Notes under the pieces: generated by a model | The model's database searches: none | The model's input: the letters and a program-made list of their open reading frames with translations, nothing else | Told to the model about the DNA's origin: nothing | In this document: positions 11,065 to 22,137 of the stretch, piece by piece | Position numbering within the stretch: position 1 is the first letter of the stretch | Layout: every line of letters starts with the position of its first letter | Assembly: GCF_011745625.1 (NCBI RefSeq) | Contig: NW_027191469.1 | Span: 248,001-312,000, forward strand | Reading direction: 5' to 3' | DNA from: Cladosporium halotolerans | Taxonomy: Eukaryota | DNA length: 64,000 nucleotides | Made by a program: the position numbers and the translations under genes

Positions 11065-12361
11065 GTCTCTGAGTTTTATGGCTTTCTTGTTTGTGTACAT
11101 TCCATTCCACTGCTCGTTTCTGCTGCGGCTCTTCTATCTCGATGTTGCTTCGCTTCTGACGGCGACTTGGATCGAGGAGTGAGTGCTGCGTGGCGGAGTG
11201 AGGTGGGGGATCAACTTTGGGGGGTTTTTTGAGCCTTTGTTTCACTGGGTGAGGAGGGAGTGAGTGTTCCGAGCACCGTATGTATGAGGATTAGAAGATC
11301 GTGGACGAGCGAACGGGAGAGGACGGAGGGAGGGTTCTTCAGGGGGTCTTGGGTAGGTATTCGCGACCGAGAGACGTAGCGCAAGGTAGTTTTACGGATG
11401 ATAGCAATACCTCACCTTGTCTTGCCTTGTCCGATATTCATCTGTCTATCTATTCGTCCGTTCGTCTACCATACCTAGGAAAGGTACCGCTGGTGATCGC
11501 CCGCCTCGTCCGTCCTACTTGTGCTTCCACCCACGCTCTGTGCGTACGTGAATTGACAGGGTGACCTGCCACGAAGGAGAGCGAGTGAAGAGAGAGGGGA
11601 GGTAAGAGGCTCGGTACTGGACACGAGGGCTCGATTATCGATGAACGCACTCGTGTCCGGATCACGACTCTCTACTTCCCAACATGATTCGTCTATCCGC
11701 GGGTGAGTCCTCGACCGTCTCGGAATGTTATCGTGTTGAGCGTGTAAAGAAGGCGCTCTTTGCTTGCTTTTATCGTCGGGGTGCTTGAGTGCCTCCGTGC
11801 GTGTGGATGCGGATGTGAGTTCTTCTCGGGCTCGGGCGAGCCGAGACTGCCTGCGTGTACTCTTTTGCTCGCTCGCAGTACTCGCCCGAGTTTTGGCAGA
11901 CGGCATTCCGTTCCCGGCGCGCCATTTCCCCGCCCATGTGTGTGAGCGCTGGTGTAGACATCGTGCTCTTAGGAGTGCAACTGATGCGTGAGGGTGGTTG
12001 ACGCTGCTGTGCATTGTGGTGAGGGCGTGTAACATATGCATGTATAATTTGGTACTAGCTTGCGCTTAGCTGTCGAGTGGCGGACCGCCAGGTAGGTGTC
12101 TAGTCTCGCTGCGCGCGGCTTTGTAGTCGCGTACTAGACTTCGAAGTGCTTCTATTGACATTGCTTTTAACTTTCGTATGTTCGTGTAAGACATGTACAT
12201 GTACAATCTGAGGGCTCTAATGCCAAACTAAGCATCGCTCATGCTGCCGGATACCTGATCGTAGTCTTGCTGCGTGCGATTCTGTACAATTTGCCGCGAA
12301 GTCGGGTCGCGGCCGATCTCTGCTGCTGTGGTCGGTCCACTCTGAGCCAGGTCCAATCGAC

Positions 12362-13639
12362 TCATTCATAAGCGACCGTCACAAAACCCCCCGTCCCTCG
12401 CCCAAACATCCAAACCAATACCAGCACCAACACCACCACAAACCCCGCGAACCCCACCCATGGCCTTCCCCACCCCACCGCCTTCCTCCCCCCAAAATTC
12501 GCCCCCAAAACCTTCCCCACCAACCCCCCATCCCCCTTCTCCGGAAAATCCATCACCACAACTCCCAACCTCCCTCTACCCCCAGCACCGCCCTCCAACT
12601 CCTCCCTCCTCCCATCCAACCAAGCCCCCAACCGCGCATTAACCCCCTCCTCCCACCGAAACCCCCAATAAGCCCCGGCGGCAATCTCCCGCGGCGGAAT
12701 CTGGTAGTAGAGATTGAACTCGAACGCGGACGTGAAATTCACGAACCAGTGCTCCAGCGGCGCGGCGGGCGAGGCCGCGAGCGCGAGCGTGCGGGAGACG
12801 AGGAGGCCCTTTTGCGTTATGAGCGACGGCAGCGGGAGGGGCGACGGGAAGGAGTAGTGGTCTTGAATTGTGAGGGTTGCGTGCGGGGTGGAGATCGTGA
12901 AGGGCGCGGAGGGGTTGTCGGGCCAGGGGGTGACGTCGATGCCGTAGGCGAGGGGCCGGGGGGAGGGCAGCGTGAAGCGGCGGAAGAGCTGGATGCGGGA
13001 GCGCAGCTCGCCCAGGGTCGGGGTGGTGTTTGCTGTGCGCCAGCGGGAGGGGGTGGCGGAGAGAAGGTTTGTGATTGCGGTGGAGAAGGGGAGGGTGGAG
13101 GATTCGGGTTTGCGGTCGCGTTTGATCTGGGCTATGAGGGCTTCGCCTGGGTGAGTGGAGAGCCAGGCGTACATTTCTGAGAGGACGGTGGAGAGGCGGA
13201 GGTTGAGCAGGGCGCTGCCGTGGACCATTTCGAGCTCGTTGGCGACGAGGCCGCAGCGGAGGTCGAAGAAGCGGATCCCGGCGTCGAGTTGGGCGGTTAT
13301 GGAGAGAGTTTGAGTGGCGATGAAGGGCCATGAGTAGGTGTAGGCGGCGCTATCGTGCGTGCCGGGGATGGTGAGGGCGGACATGAGGGTTGAGGAGGGG
13401 ATGTGCGACATCCATGAGTCGCCTGTTATCTTCGGCGGTGGGGTGGCGAAGGGCCACGACCGCTGGTGTTTTGGCGAGGCTTGATCACCGGGCCATTGAT
13501 AGCCTGCAATCTGTTCTGAATCTTCATTGCGGGCATTGCGAGAGTCCAGTAAGGGTTGCTTCTCGGTCATGGATGGGTCTGGGTTGGTGTATATCGTATC
13601 TGGACGCGGTGCTGCGTCGCTGTGCTTGGGTGTCATCAC
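12362..13639 (-). CDS. Phosphatidylinositol-specific phospholipase C X-domain protein (bacterial-type PI-PLC TIM barrel) with C-terminal transmembrane helix
   Basis: Motifs WMSHIP..LTIPGTHDS, QLDAGIRFFDLR, MVHG, TLGELRSRIQL, IQDHY, WFVNFTS, LGVVVMDFP. Hydrophobic tail FAGFVVVLVLVLVWMF. Start may instead be the Met at 13570. Confidence 0.88.
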   Translation of the reverse strand: MMTPKHSDAAPRPDTIYTNPDPSMTEKQPLLDSRNARNEDSEQIAGYQWPGDQASPKHQRSWPFATPPPKITGDSWMSHIPSSTLMSALTIPGTHDSAAYTYSWPFIATQTLSITAQLDAGIRFFDLRCGLVANELEMVHGSALLNLRLSTVLSEMYAWLSTHPGEALIAQIKRDRKPESSTLPFSTAITNLLSATPSRWRTANTTPTLGELRSRIQLFRRFTLPSPRPLAYGIDVTPWPDNPSAPFTISTPHATLTIQDHYSFPSPLPLPSLITQKGLLVSRTLALAASPAAPLEHWFVNFTSAFEFNLYYQIPPREIAAGAYWGFRWEEGVNARLGAWLDGRREELEGGAGGRGRLGVVVMDFPEKGDGGLVGKVLGANFGGRKAVGWGRPWVGFAGFVVVLVLVLVWMFGRGTGGFVTVAYE

Positions 13640-13986
13640 ATCGTCTAAATCATGCTATCAAATATGTACAATTGCGCTTAGAAACAAATGCGGCCCGCAA
13701 TATGGACGGGTCGATGCTCAATGCCTCGCGTCGCAATGCATTTCCAATGGCGAGATCGAGTGAGGTCAGGGCGGGAACAGCCGCCGCCGCTGGCTGGGGT
13801 CGCTGCTGGCGTTGACTTCGCTTGGAGACTAGGGTTATTGTGAGGTAACAGAACAGCGAATATTCTGCGAAACCAGAACTGAGCTTGATGTAAACGTTCT
13901 GACACAATTTCACGCGCATGCGAAAGCCTCACAGCAATTGCTGAAAGTCTACGTCCCGACCCAAGCTTACATCCAACCAAACCACC

Positions 13987-14751
13987 ATGTCTCGACCAGC
14001 GCCAGGTAACAGGCGCTCGACCAAATCCGAGTACATCGAAACGGTAAGCCTCGATCAAACAATATCTCAAAGAAAGAAACTCCAACCCCCTGACACGCCT
14101 CCCCAGGACACCGGCAACAAAATCTCCCGCAAAGCGCACATCGAAGGCAAACCCAACATCATGCTCGGCGGCCGCACGGTCATCATGGCCGGCGTGACGA
14201 TGCGCGGCGACCTGCAACGCAAACAAGAGCGCCCCGCAGACGGCAGCGAAAGCGCCGCGGCCGACAAAGTCTCCAGCACAGCCATCACCATCGGGCGGTG
14301 AGCCTCTCCCGCCCTCCTCCCCCTCCCCCACCTCAAAAGCACCAACTAACTCCCCTACCCCAGCGGCACAATAATCAGCACCAACACGACGATCCGCCCG
14401 CCCATGCGCTCCTCCCGCGGCAGCGGGCCGACCTTCTACCCCCTCCGGATTGGCGACAACGTCTTCGTCGGGCCCGGCAGCCACATCTCGGCGCTCAGCG
14501 TGTCGTCGAACGTGCACGTCGGCGCGGGCTGCGTGCTGGCGCCCTTCAGCATCGTCAAGGAGCACTGCCGCATTCTGCCAGGCACGGTCGTGCCGCCCGC
14601 CATGGTGGTGCCGCCGGGGAGCGTGGTGGCGGGGAAGCCGGGGAGGGTTGTGGGGGAGGTGGGCGAGGGATGGGGGCAAGGGGGTGGCGGGGAGGGGGAG
14701 GAGTGGGTTGAGGGTGGGGATTTGAGGGCGTTGGTTAGGAAGGTTAGGTGA
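13987..14751 (+). CDS. DCTN5: Dynactin subunit 5 (p25), left-handed beta-helix; exons 13987-14043, 14107-14297, 14364-14751
   Basis: EYIET|DTGNKISRKAHIEGKPNIMLGGRTVI..RGDL, IRPP, YPLRIGDNVFVG, hexapeptide repeats and ILPGTVVPP..VVAGKPG. Canonical GTAAGC/GTGAGC donors, CTGAC/CTAAC branch sites. Confidence 0.9.
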
Positions 14752-16807
14752 GAGGGGGGTGGGAGGAAGGTGCGGGTTTGCTAAAGGGCGTCCTGTGTGA
14801 GTGGGATTCACGCTGCAGGCCGACTTTGGGGGATATGAGCACAATGGCGTCCTTTTGTGGAGATCTGGGAGGAAGACTCTCTGGTGGAACATCGACTACC
14901 CGCGTTCAGGCGATGGCTCTCTACGAGTGACCTATTACCCGCGCAGTTTAAGCGTTTGGATTTCCCGCGGGTAGGACGACGACTGGGCCAGAGATCAGGA
15001 AACCGGAGCACACGACACGAATGCCCTGTTCATTGGAGCACTCTACCAACAACCGAACACTGAATGCTGCAGGCGTATCATTGGCAATCAGCAGCTCGCC
15101 CATGAACGTTCTAAGTTAAAGGGAGAGGCGTCTATCTAACGTCATGGGTTGAGCGAAGGGACGATACGCGATTGAAAACGGAGATTGAGGTGCCTCGCTG
15201 AAGAATCGTCTGGTGTGAACGATCGAGAAGCATCAGAGTCTGACGGAAGAAGAGACTTGACGAGGGAATTATAAATTGAAAGAAAGTCTGGTTAAGGTGA
15301 TAAGTCAAGGAGTCAAATCAAGTCAAATTAATGAACCACAACCCTCGGAAATAGCGTCACCCGCCAACAGGCATGCAAAAGCCAAGGCTAATTCCACCGG
15401 CTCCTTTACAGAATGCTCTGTGGTTCAGCATGAATTGACGGATACAAAGTCGAGGCAAGGTCCAGTAGTAGCACCTCGATGACGCCACGGCGATATCACG
15501 CAGCCCTACTAGCCACCGCACCAGGAGAGCTGGCAAGGCTCCGAGCGGACGTCTAGACATCCAAGCACGCATCGAAGGACATACGTCGAATGTACACGGC
15601 AACAAAAGATCGCATAAAGAGAACCTCTAACACACAGCGCCTCGAGGAACGCTTTGTCCGTAGACGGCCATCCACCAATACATACTACCAGCGTCTCGCG
15701 CCTAGAACTAGCCACCGAGCCCAGCCCAGCAGGCTTCGCTCATAAACCACACGAGGCACAGGTCAAACACAAAAACAGCTCACAACCGAGCCCGTACAAC
15801 GCAGTACAGCCTGGTACCGTCCACCGCCTCACCGACTCGAACCGAGCCTGCCGCCCCTTCTTCGCAATCAAGACGACCGACCAACTGCCCAGCCGACCCG
15901 CAATCCCCTCCAGCCAGCGAGCCAGCGCAGAAGGTCGGACCGGCCAGCATGCTAACGCAGCAGCCTCAATGAGTCCTACTGTAAGCGAATCTCCGACCTG
16001 CCAACCAAGCAGCCAGCCGGGCAGCATGGAAGTACAGTAGCGAACAATACCCAGTCGCCAAAAGCCCGTAGCCAGACCAGCCAGCAGCTCATCATTCCAC
16101 ACAGTAACCCTCACGCACGATCCATCCATCCATACTACACTATACTAGCAAGCCCTCCAGCCGCGCCGCGCCAGGGCCAAAAAGAAAAAAGCACGCCAGG
16201 GTCCAGGCCGGGATCCCTCGGCCGTTTGCTTCTAGTCCGTCGCTGCTGGCGAGGGGGCGAGATGGGGCGATATGTACTGTACACAAGCGCGGTCTTCAGA
16301 CGCGAGCGAGCGTGCGTGCCTGTCAGCGGTAAGCGGTTTGGAACTGCGTTTAGCGCGCTGCGCTGCGCGGCTGTGATGGAGCCGCGGGCGGTGAATGTAG
16401 CTACATTGGGAGCGGCGATTTCGGATTTGGGCGCGAGGGTCGGATGGCTCGGTGGATGAGAGGGTAGTACGGTGTGCACGAATAGGGAGACTTGACGTGG
16501 CTGCGGTCGTCTCGACGGCGCTTTTGGGTCGATGCGCTGTGCTGGCACTACTGGCGGTGGAAGTGACTGGCAGTGACTGGGCCCCCGACCTAGACCTGGA
16601 CGTGGAAATCCTCCGTCGACTAGGAGTCGCTGGTTCGCGGTCCACTTCGTCGACGGGGCCGGCGCTGGCTTTTAGCGAGCGCGTGTTTCCAGCTCTGCCG
16701 GTGAGGGTTTGATTGGAATGACTGATTGGTCGCGGTGCCAGAGGCTGTCTACTGTGCACGACTCATCGTCCGTTTCAGCGGTGTGATAACTGTGAGGTTT
16801 GTCCACC

Positions 16808-17690
16808 AGATCCACCGAGGACGACATAGAACATGGTACAGGAGATCGCAGGCCAAACCAGAGCCCGAGCGCACCGATATACGTCCACGAGCCACGAGGC
16901 TAAAGGGCGGCCAGCGGTGGCGTCTGTACGATCAGATCGCTAGCCCCGCCAAGCCCCGATACGATCTGCCTCCGTCAAGACGTGCGGGCAAAAGACCGCA
17001 GGAGGCGGATTCAATCAGATTGGCAGCAGGTAGGTGATCCGAGCCCGACGCGCGCGGACTCCCCCGAGGCCTCAGCAACGGTCGCGGACGGGAAGCCGTG
17101 CGCAGGCACCCTTGCCTCTTTCCCGCGGCTGGCTCTTCCCCGATCCCCAGGCCTCAGACACCAGCGGCGACAGGGGGCTGAAGATCGAAGGTCAGTGGAA
17201 GCATCTGTCGCGAAAAACGGGCGGGGCGGGAGTCGCGCCTTGTGGCTTGCGCTGGTCTCCCGCTGCCGGAAGCCTGCTGCGGGCGGGGCGGGCGCTAAGA
17301 TCGTCGTATCGTCAAGGACCTTTGCCTCATCTCGGGGAGCCTGAGGGTGAAGCTCGCGCATTCTGCGGCTGCGCGCGCGGGGAAGATCGGTTCGTGTGTT
17401 GTGTGTGAGTGAGCGCGTCAGGGGGCGCAGGCTCTGCGGCGTGGGAGGCGTGTGCTGGCCGGCTGGCTTATCGAGATGCGAGATCTCATCGAGATGTGAT
17501 GACATGACAGCGCCGTGGCACAGGACGGCCGAGTCGCGTGTGAGCGGGTGGGCTCGCGGTCCAGTAGTGGTGGGCGGCTTTCGTCAAGATCTGGACTGCT
17601 GAGCTGCGCGTTGCCGCGTAGGCGGGCAGGCGACGTGGACGGGGCTGCCAGGCTGCGTGCTGCCTCGCTTGGCTGCTGCTAGTGAGATCT
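16808..17690. promoter_or_regulatory. Cluster of AGATC/GATCT motifs in the far-upstream region of the GATA factor gene
   Basis: Sites at 16808, 16843, 16934, 16963, 17182, 17298, 17384, plus palindromic AGATCT at 17481, 17587 and 17685. Function is inferred. Confidence 0.4.
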
Positions 17691-19273
17691 GCCGTTGGCC
17701 GGCTTCGTGCATCTCAGTGTGGTGGTGATCACGGCGCCGTCTCGCACAGCTGTGCACAAGCGCGCGCTCCCTGCGTCGAGAGGGCAGGCCGTGCACGCGG
17801 AAATGCGTGCGCGCCGTTTCGTGGGCGAATGACGACGGGCAGGAGTGAAGAGTTCGCGCGGCTAACGTGCGCGCCGTCGTTTGTGGCAGACCCTGTGGCA
17901 CATCACACGCGCTGATCGGGCCCGGAGCGGTAGCGCCTTGCGCAGGCCATGACACCGTCGTGAGCACGTTGGGGCAGACAGCACGCACGCGCGGAGTGCC
18001 GCCCGCCGGGTGGGGAGGGAGTGATGTGGCAGACGGAGAGCACAGCAGGCGCTCAGGCGAGCAGGCGAACCGACGATGCTGTGTGTACTGTATGTAGCAG
18101 CCGCGTACGTCGGGGTGACGCGCATGGGGAGATCCAGTGCTCCGCCGGGAGGTGGATGATGGAGCGCTGGCGCAGATGAACGCCTTACGTACGGTACGGA
18201 TGGCGTGCAGAGCGGCGGGCCAGCAGGGACAGCCTGGCGAGCGCTGGCATGACAGCGGCAGGAGGCAGGACGGCAGACTCCGAGGAGGGAGCGGGCGCAC
18301 GTGGAGATGCGGCCCATGGATGCGCCATCGCCGGCCAGTCCCACTCTCGTATCGAGATCGGGCGCCGGTGACGGGTGGCTTGGGTGCAGGAGTGAGTTCA
18401 GTAGCGAGTGCTTGCCTGCCACTGCTGCCACTGCGGCCACTGCTGCTGCTGCTGCTCCTGCGTGCCTGACGGTCGGCCGCGGAATCGGGGCTCCAACACC
18501 CTCGGCCTGAGCACACCCCAGTCTCTCCCAACTCACCACTACTGCACGCCCGTGACGCCCTCGCGCACCGCAGCGCCAGCGATGATGCCCGCCGTCGCAC
18601 CGCGCCCACAGGCTCCCCTGCTCTCGACCCAGACGCTGCCGAGACTGCCCGTCCGGGTATGGATGGCAAGGCATGGCACCCGGCACTCCGAGCGAGTCGA
18701 GGCACCTAGTCGAGGCAGCTGGTAGTCGAGGCACCTTGGGCACGGCCGCAGCGCCGCCTCCGTGCCGCAACGTCTGCACACCCTGCTCGCTCGAGCGTGC
18801 GTCGGCCTCGTCGTGTGTCTCGGCGGCTTTGCTGCAAGCAGCCAGACACATCTCGCTTCGCGGAAAGGGTCCTTGTCATAGAGTGCGCGCCGGCTGGCGC
18901 TCGCTGCTGCGTCAAGCACTGCGCTCGGCCGGCGTGCTGGATCATTATCATTGATGATGGCGACAGCGCTGCGGCGGGCCACGAATGCTTGCCGCGCCTC
19001 ATCGCTAATATATTGCCTCGTGGTGCGGCGGGCCAGCGCGCGCCCTGCCACGCTCTGCGGCGGCATGCCTGACGACGATCAGGCCGGAGGTGGGCGACGC
19101 TGTGGTAGTGTCAGGTAGTGGCTGATGACACGGGCTGTCTCATCATGCCCGGCAATTGCCCCAGCTCGTGGAGTCATGGCGGCCAGGGCAGCGGGCGGGG
19201 CTAGCACCCTTCGGGCTGCTGCATTTCGCCGGTGACGAGACGAGTGAGGAGGGAGGCTGCAGGGCCGGCGGGT

Positions 19274-19304
19274 ATCTGAGGCATCTGAGGCATCTGAGGC
19301 ATCT
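19274..19304. repeat. 9-bp tandem repeat (ATCTGAGGC)x3.4
   Basis: atctgaggc atctgaggc atctgaggc atct read directly. Confidence 0.85.
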
Positions 19305-20501
19305 CATCGTGTCATCGTGGCATCTTGTCATGCAACGCGGCGTGGCTGCGTGGGTCCCTCCGCCGCCGGCTGGCGCCTCTGCCTCTCTGCCTCTGCCTGG
19401 CCTTCCCTGCCTGCCTGCCGGCGTCTGCCCTCTCGGCTGAGCTCCGGCAGCACCATCATCTGGCATCGTGATCTAGCCGTCTAGTCGCTGGCGATCGGAC
19501 TGCGCGCCTGAGATTGCGGGCGCCGGCCCAGCGAGCATGCGAGTCTTCACCCTTACTCATGGGCGGCGTGCTAAACGAGAGTTAGGCAGTGTGCTGGCGA
19601 GAAACGCGCGAGTCTTGCCCTCGAGGCCCTGCTGCGTGCGGGATGGAGACACTGCGAGGCCCTTCCGCCGCCGTGGATCACATTCGCTTGTCGCTCGCAT
19701 CCCTGCCGGCCGATCGAAGATTGCCTGCTGCATCTCCCATTCGCTCGCGCCTCTCGCGCGCCTCTCCCCTTCACTCCCCCCAAACTCGCTCTTCGCCCGG
19801 CCGACTGCCCTGCCCGCCTCGGTGTTGGCCTTGCTCCCTTGACACTACATACAGTGCAGTAGTCAACGCCGCCCGCCCGCACGACCCTCGCCGTTTCTTC
19901 TCCACGCCCGCCGCCGCACAGATCGCTCCCATCTGCAAACCCTCTCGTGCGCCGCCACCCGTAGCGTCCCACTCCCCTCGCGCCCTTCTCGACCCTTTCA
20001 TTAATATTATCACGCGACTCCTATCATATCGTTCCTCTCCTCCACTCCACCCAACGCCTGCTGCAAAACTTAGCTGCCGCCCGATCGCCGAACCATCACG
20101 CTTCGCCCACTAGGCCCGCTGTCTGAGATCCGACGCTGAATCCTTCCATCGCGCAGCGGTTCGCCTTCTCTCCGCTGCACGCCTCGTCCTCTCGCCTCGA
20201 CTCGACTCGTCCGCCACCTCCACTACCACCACCGCCTGCACCACCTGCAATTCGCGCGCCTGCCTTCACGCACTGCGCCTATACATTGCCCTGCATAGGT
20301 TTGCTCCTTGGGTGTATATACTGGCCAGTCTGCTATTGACGGCCCACACACGGCACGCTCACCGAGCTCCGCCGGGCCCATCTTCGTGACGTCTCTGCAT
20401 CATCGACGGGACGGGCCAATCGCCTTGGTGTCCTAACCTCTACACGCGACCTTTGTCGCTCTTTGCTATCTTGCCACCACTCGTCCGGACTACCGCACAC
20501 T

Positions 20502-22137
20502 ATGGATGCTGCAAGCAGACGGTAAGTTCCATCGTCCGACGTCTGCGACCGTGTCGCGCAGCCCGCCGCATCGCAAAACAGTCAACCATGGTTCAGCGTG
20601 CTGACATCTCTACCAGGCCTCAATTGCCACCCGTTGGCTTTTTGGACCACGACAGGAATCGCAAGGAAGAAGACGCATACCAAGATCGCAACATTGGTGC
20701 GCCTCAGGCCCTTCCTCCTCCCGCTCCCCTCCAGAGTCCCGCACACCAATACCCAACCGGTCCACCACCACCCTACAGCCATCCCGCTCCGACGTCTCAA
20801 TATTTTCCAAACACAAATCCGTCAACGCCCGCCGGCATGCGCACGCCGCCTGAATCGCGTAGGACCAGTGGTGGAGACGAGAAGGAGGCTGTCAAGCATA
20901 CCGTCAGGCAATCTTTGCCTTCGATTTCGGAAGCCTTGGGCGACAATCAGCCAGCATATCACTCATCGCTGCCGCCGCAAACAACACCTTCAGCACATCC
21001 TGCTCCTCCTCCTAGACCCGCCCTGGCATCGTCGCCGTCACCGCGATCACATCGCATGGAGCCGCCTCAACTTCCGCCCGAGCACAACGCCGCACCGACC
21101 TCACACTATGCTCAATACCGACGAGATACACCCCAACACTCCTACCCACCTGTAGAAACATCGAAACCGGTGTACGCGGACGCACGCCCTCCGCCTCATG
21201 TACAAACCACGCGGTCGCCTCCGCCGCAAGCCTCGCAACACCGGAACTCTTATCCCCCCACTGCGCCGCAACGCTCTCCCAGCCACGAGTATCCACCCCA
21301 ACATCCCACGGGCGCAATGGGTCCTCCGAGCTTCCCTTACGGGTACCAGCCTTACCCACCTCGGTATGCTCAGCCTGCACCTCCTCAGGGCTCGGGCGCC
21401 ACTCCAGTCTACCAACCTTCGCTCTCAAATGGAGCGCCATCTTCTGCTACTGCCGGATGGAAATCTGAGAGCAGCCGATATGGCGGTGAGGAGCGCACGT
21501 ATGGCGATTCCGTGAAGCGTCAACTCGACATGTATGATTTGGAGGGCGCACTCAACGATGTAAGTTATTTTCAATATCGCCACTCCAGAAGTTATATGCT
21601 AACATGTATCAGATCTCCCAATCTAGCAGCTTCATGATTGATTTTGCCCGACGATACGGCGACCGCTTGCACCAGACCGCACGTTCTGGTCCTACGCCTT
21701 CGACGCTACCGGGCATCGTAGAAGTCGAGGACATGATGGCGAAATCTCGCATGCAACTCGAGTCCCTCTCGAAAATTCGAGAAGTCGTAATGGCCCAGCA
21801 AGTAGCATACGAACAGCAAGCGGCCGAGCAACGACAACAGCAAAAGGTCTACGCCGAGCACGCCATGCCCGGCGGATCCCACGACATGGACGAGAGCAAA
21901 GTGGGCTTCGCCGGTTCCGACGCAAAGAAGCGCAGAGGCCGCGCCGCACCACCTGGCCGCTGCCACAGCTGCAACCGCGCCGAAACTCCCGAGTGGCGAC
22001 GCGGACCGGACGGCGCTCGAACGCTCTGCAACGCCTGCGGCCTGCACTACGCCAAATTGACCCGCAAGCAGAACAACGCCAACAAGAACGCCGCGGCCAA
22101 CAACTCCAACCTCAGGCCGAAGGAAAACATGTCCTAG
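20502..22137 (+). CDS. nsdD: GATA zinc-finger developmental regulator NsdD/SUB-1/Pro44 orthologue; exons 20502-20521, 20617-21559, 21613-22137
   Basis: C-terminal KKRRGRAAPPGRCHSCNRAETPEWRRGPDGARTLCNACGLHYAKLTRK (C-x2-C-x18-C-x2-C). Also QSLPSISEAL and YGDSVKRQLD blocks and a Pro-rich N-terminus. GTAAGT donors at 20522 and 21560. Confidence 0.92.

Noticed and set aside
13678..14892. 404-aa minus ORF
   Set aside because: Antisense to the spliced dynactin p25 gene, which has clear homology.
17584..18851. 373-aa and 329-aa minus-strand ORFs in the nsdD upstream region
   Set aside because: Arg/Ala/Pro/Cys-rich translations typical of stop-poor GC-rich non-coding DNA; no codon bias or domain.
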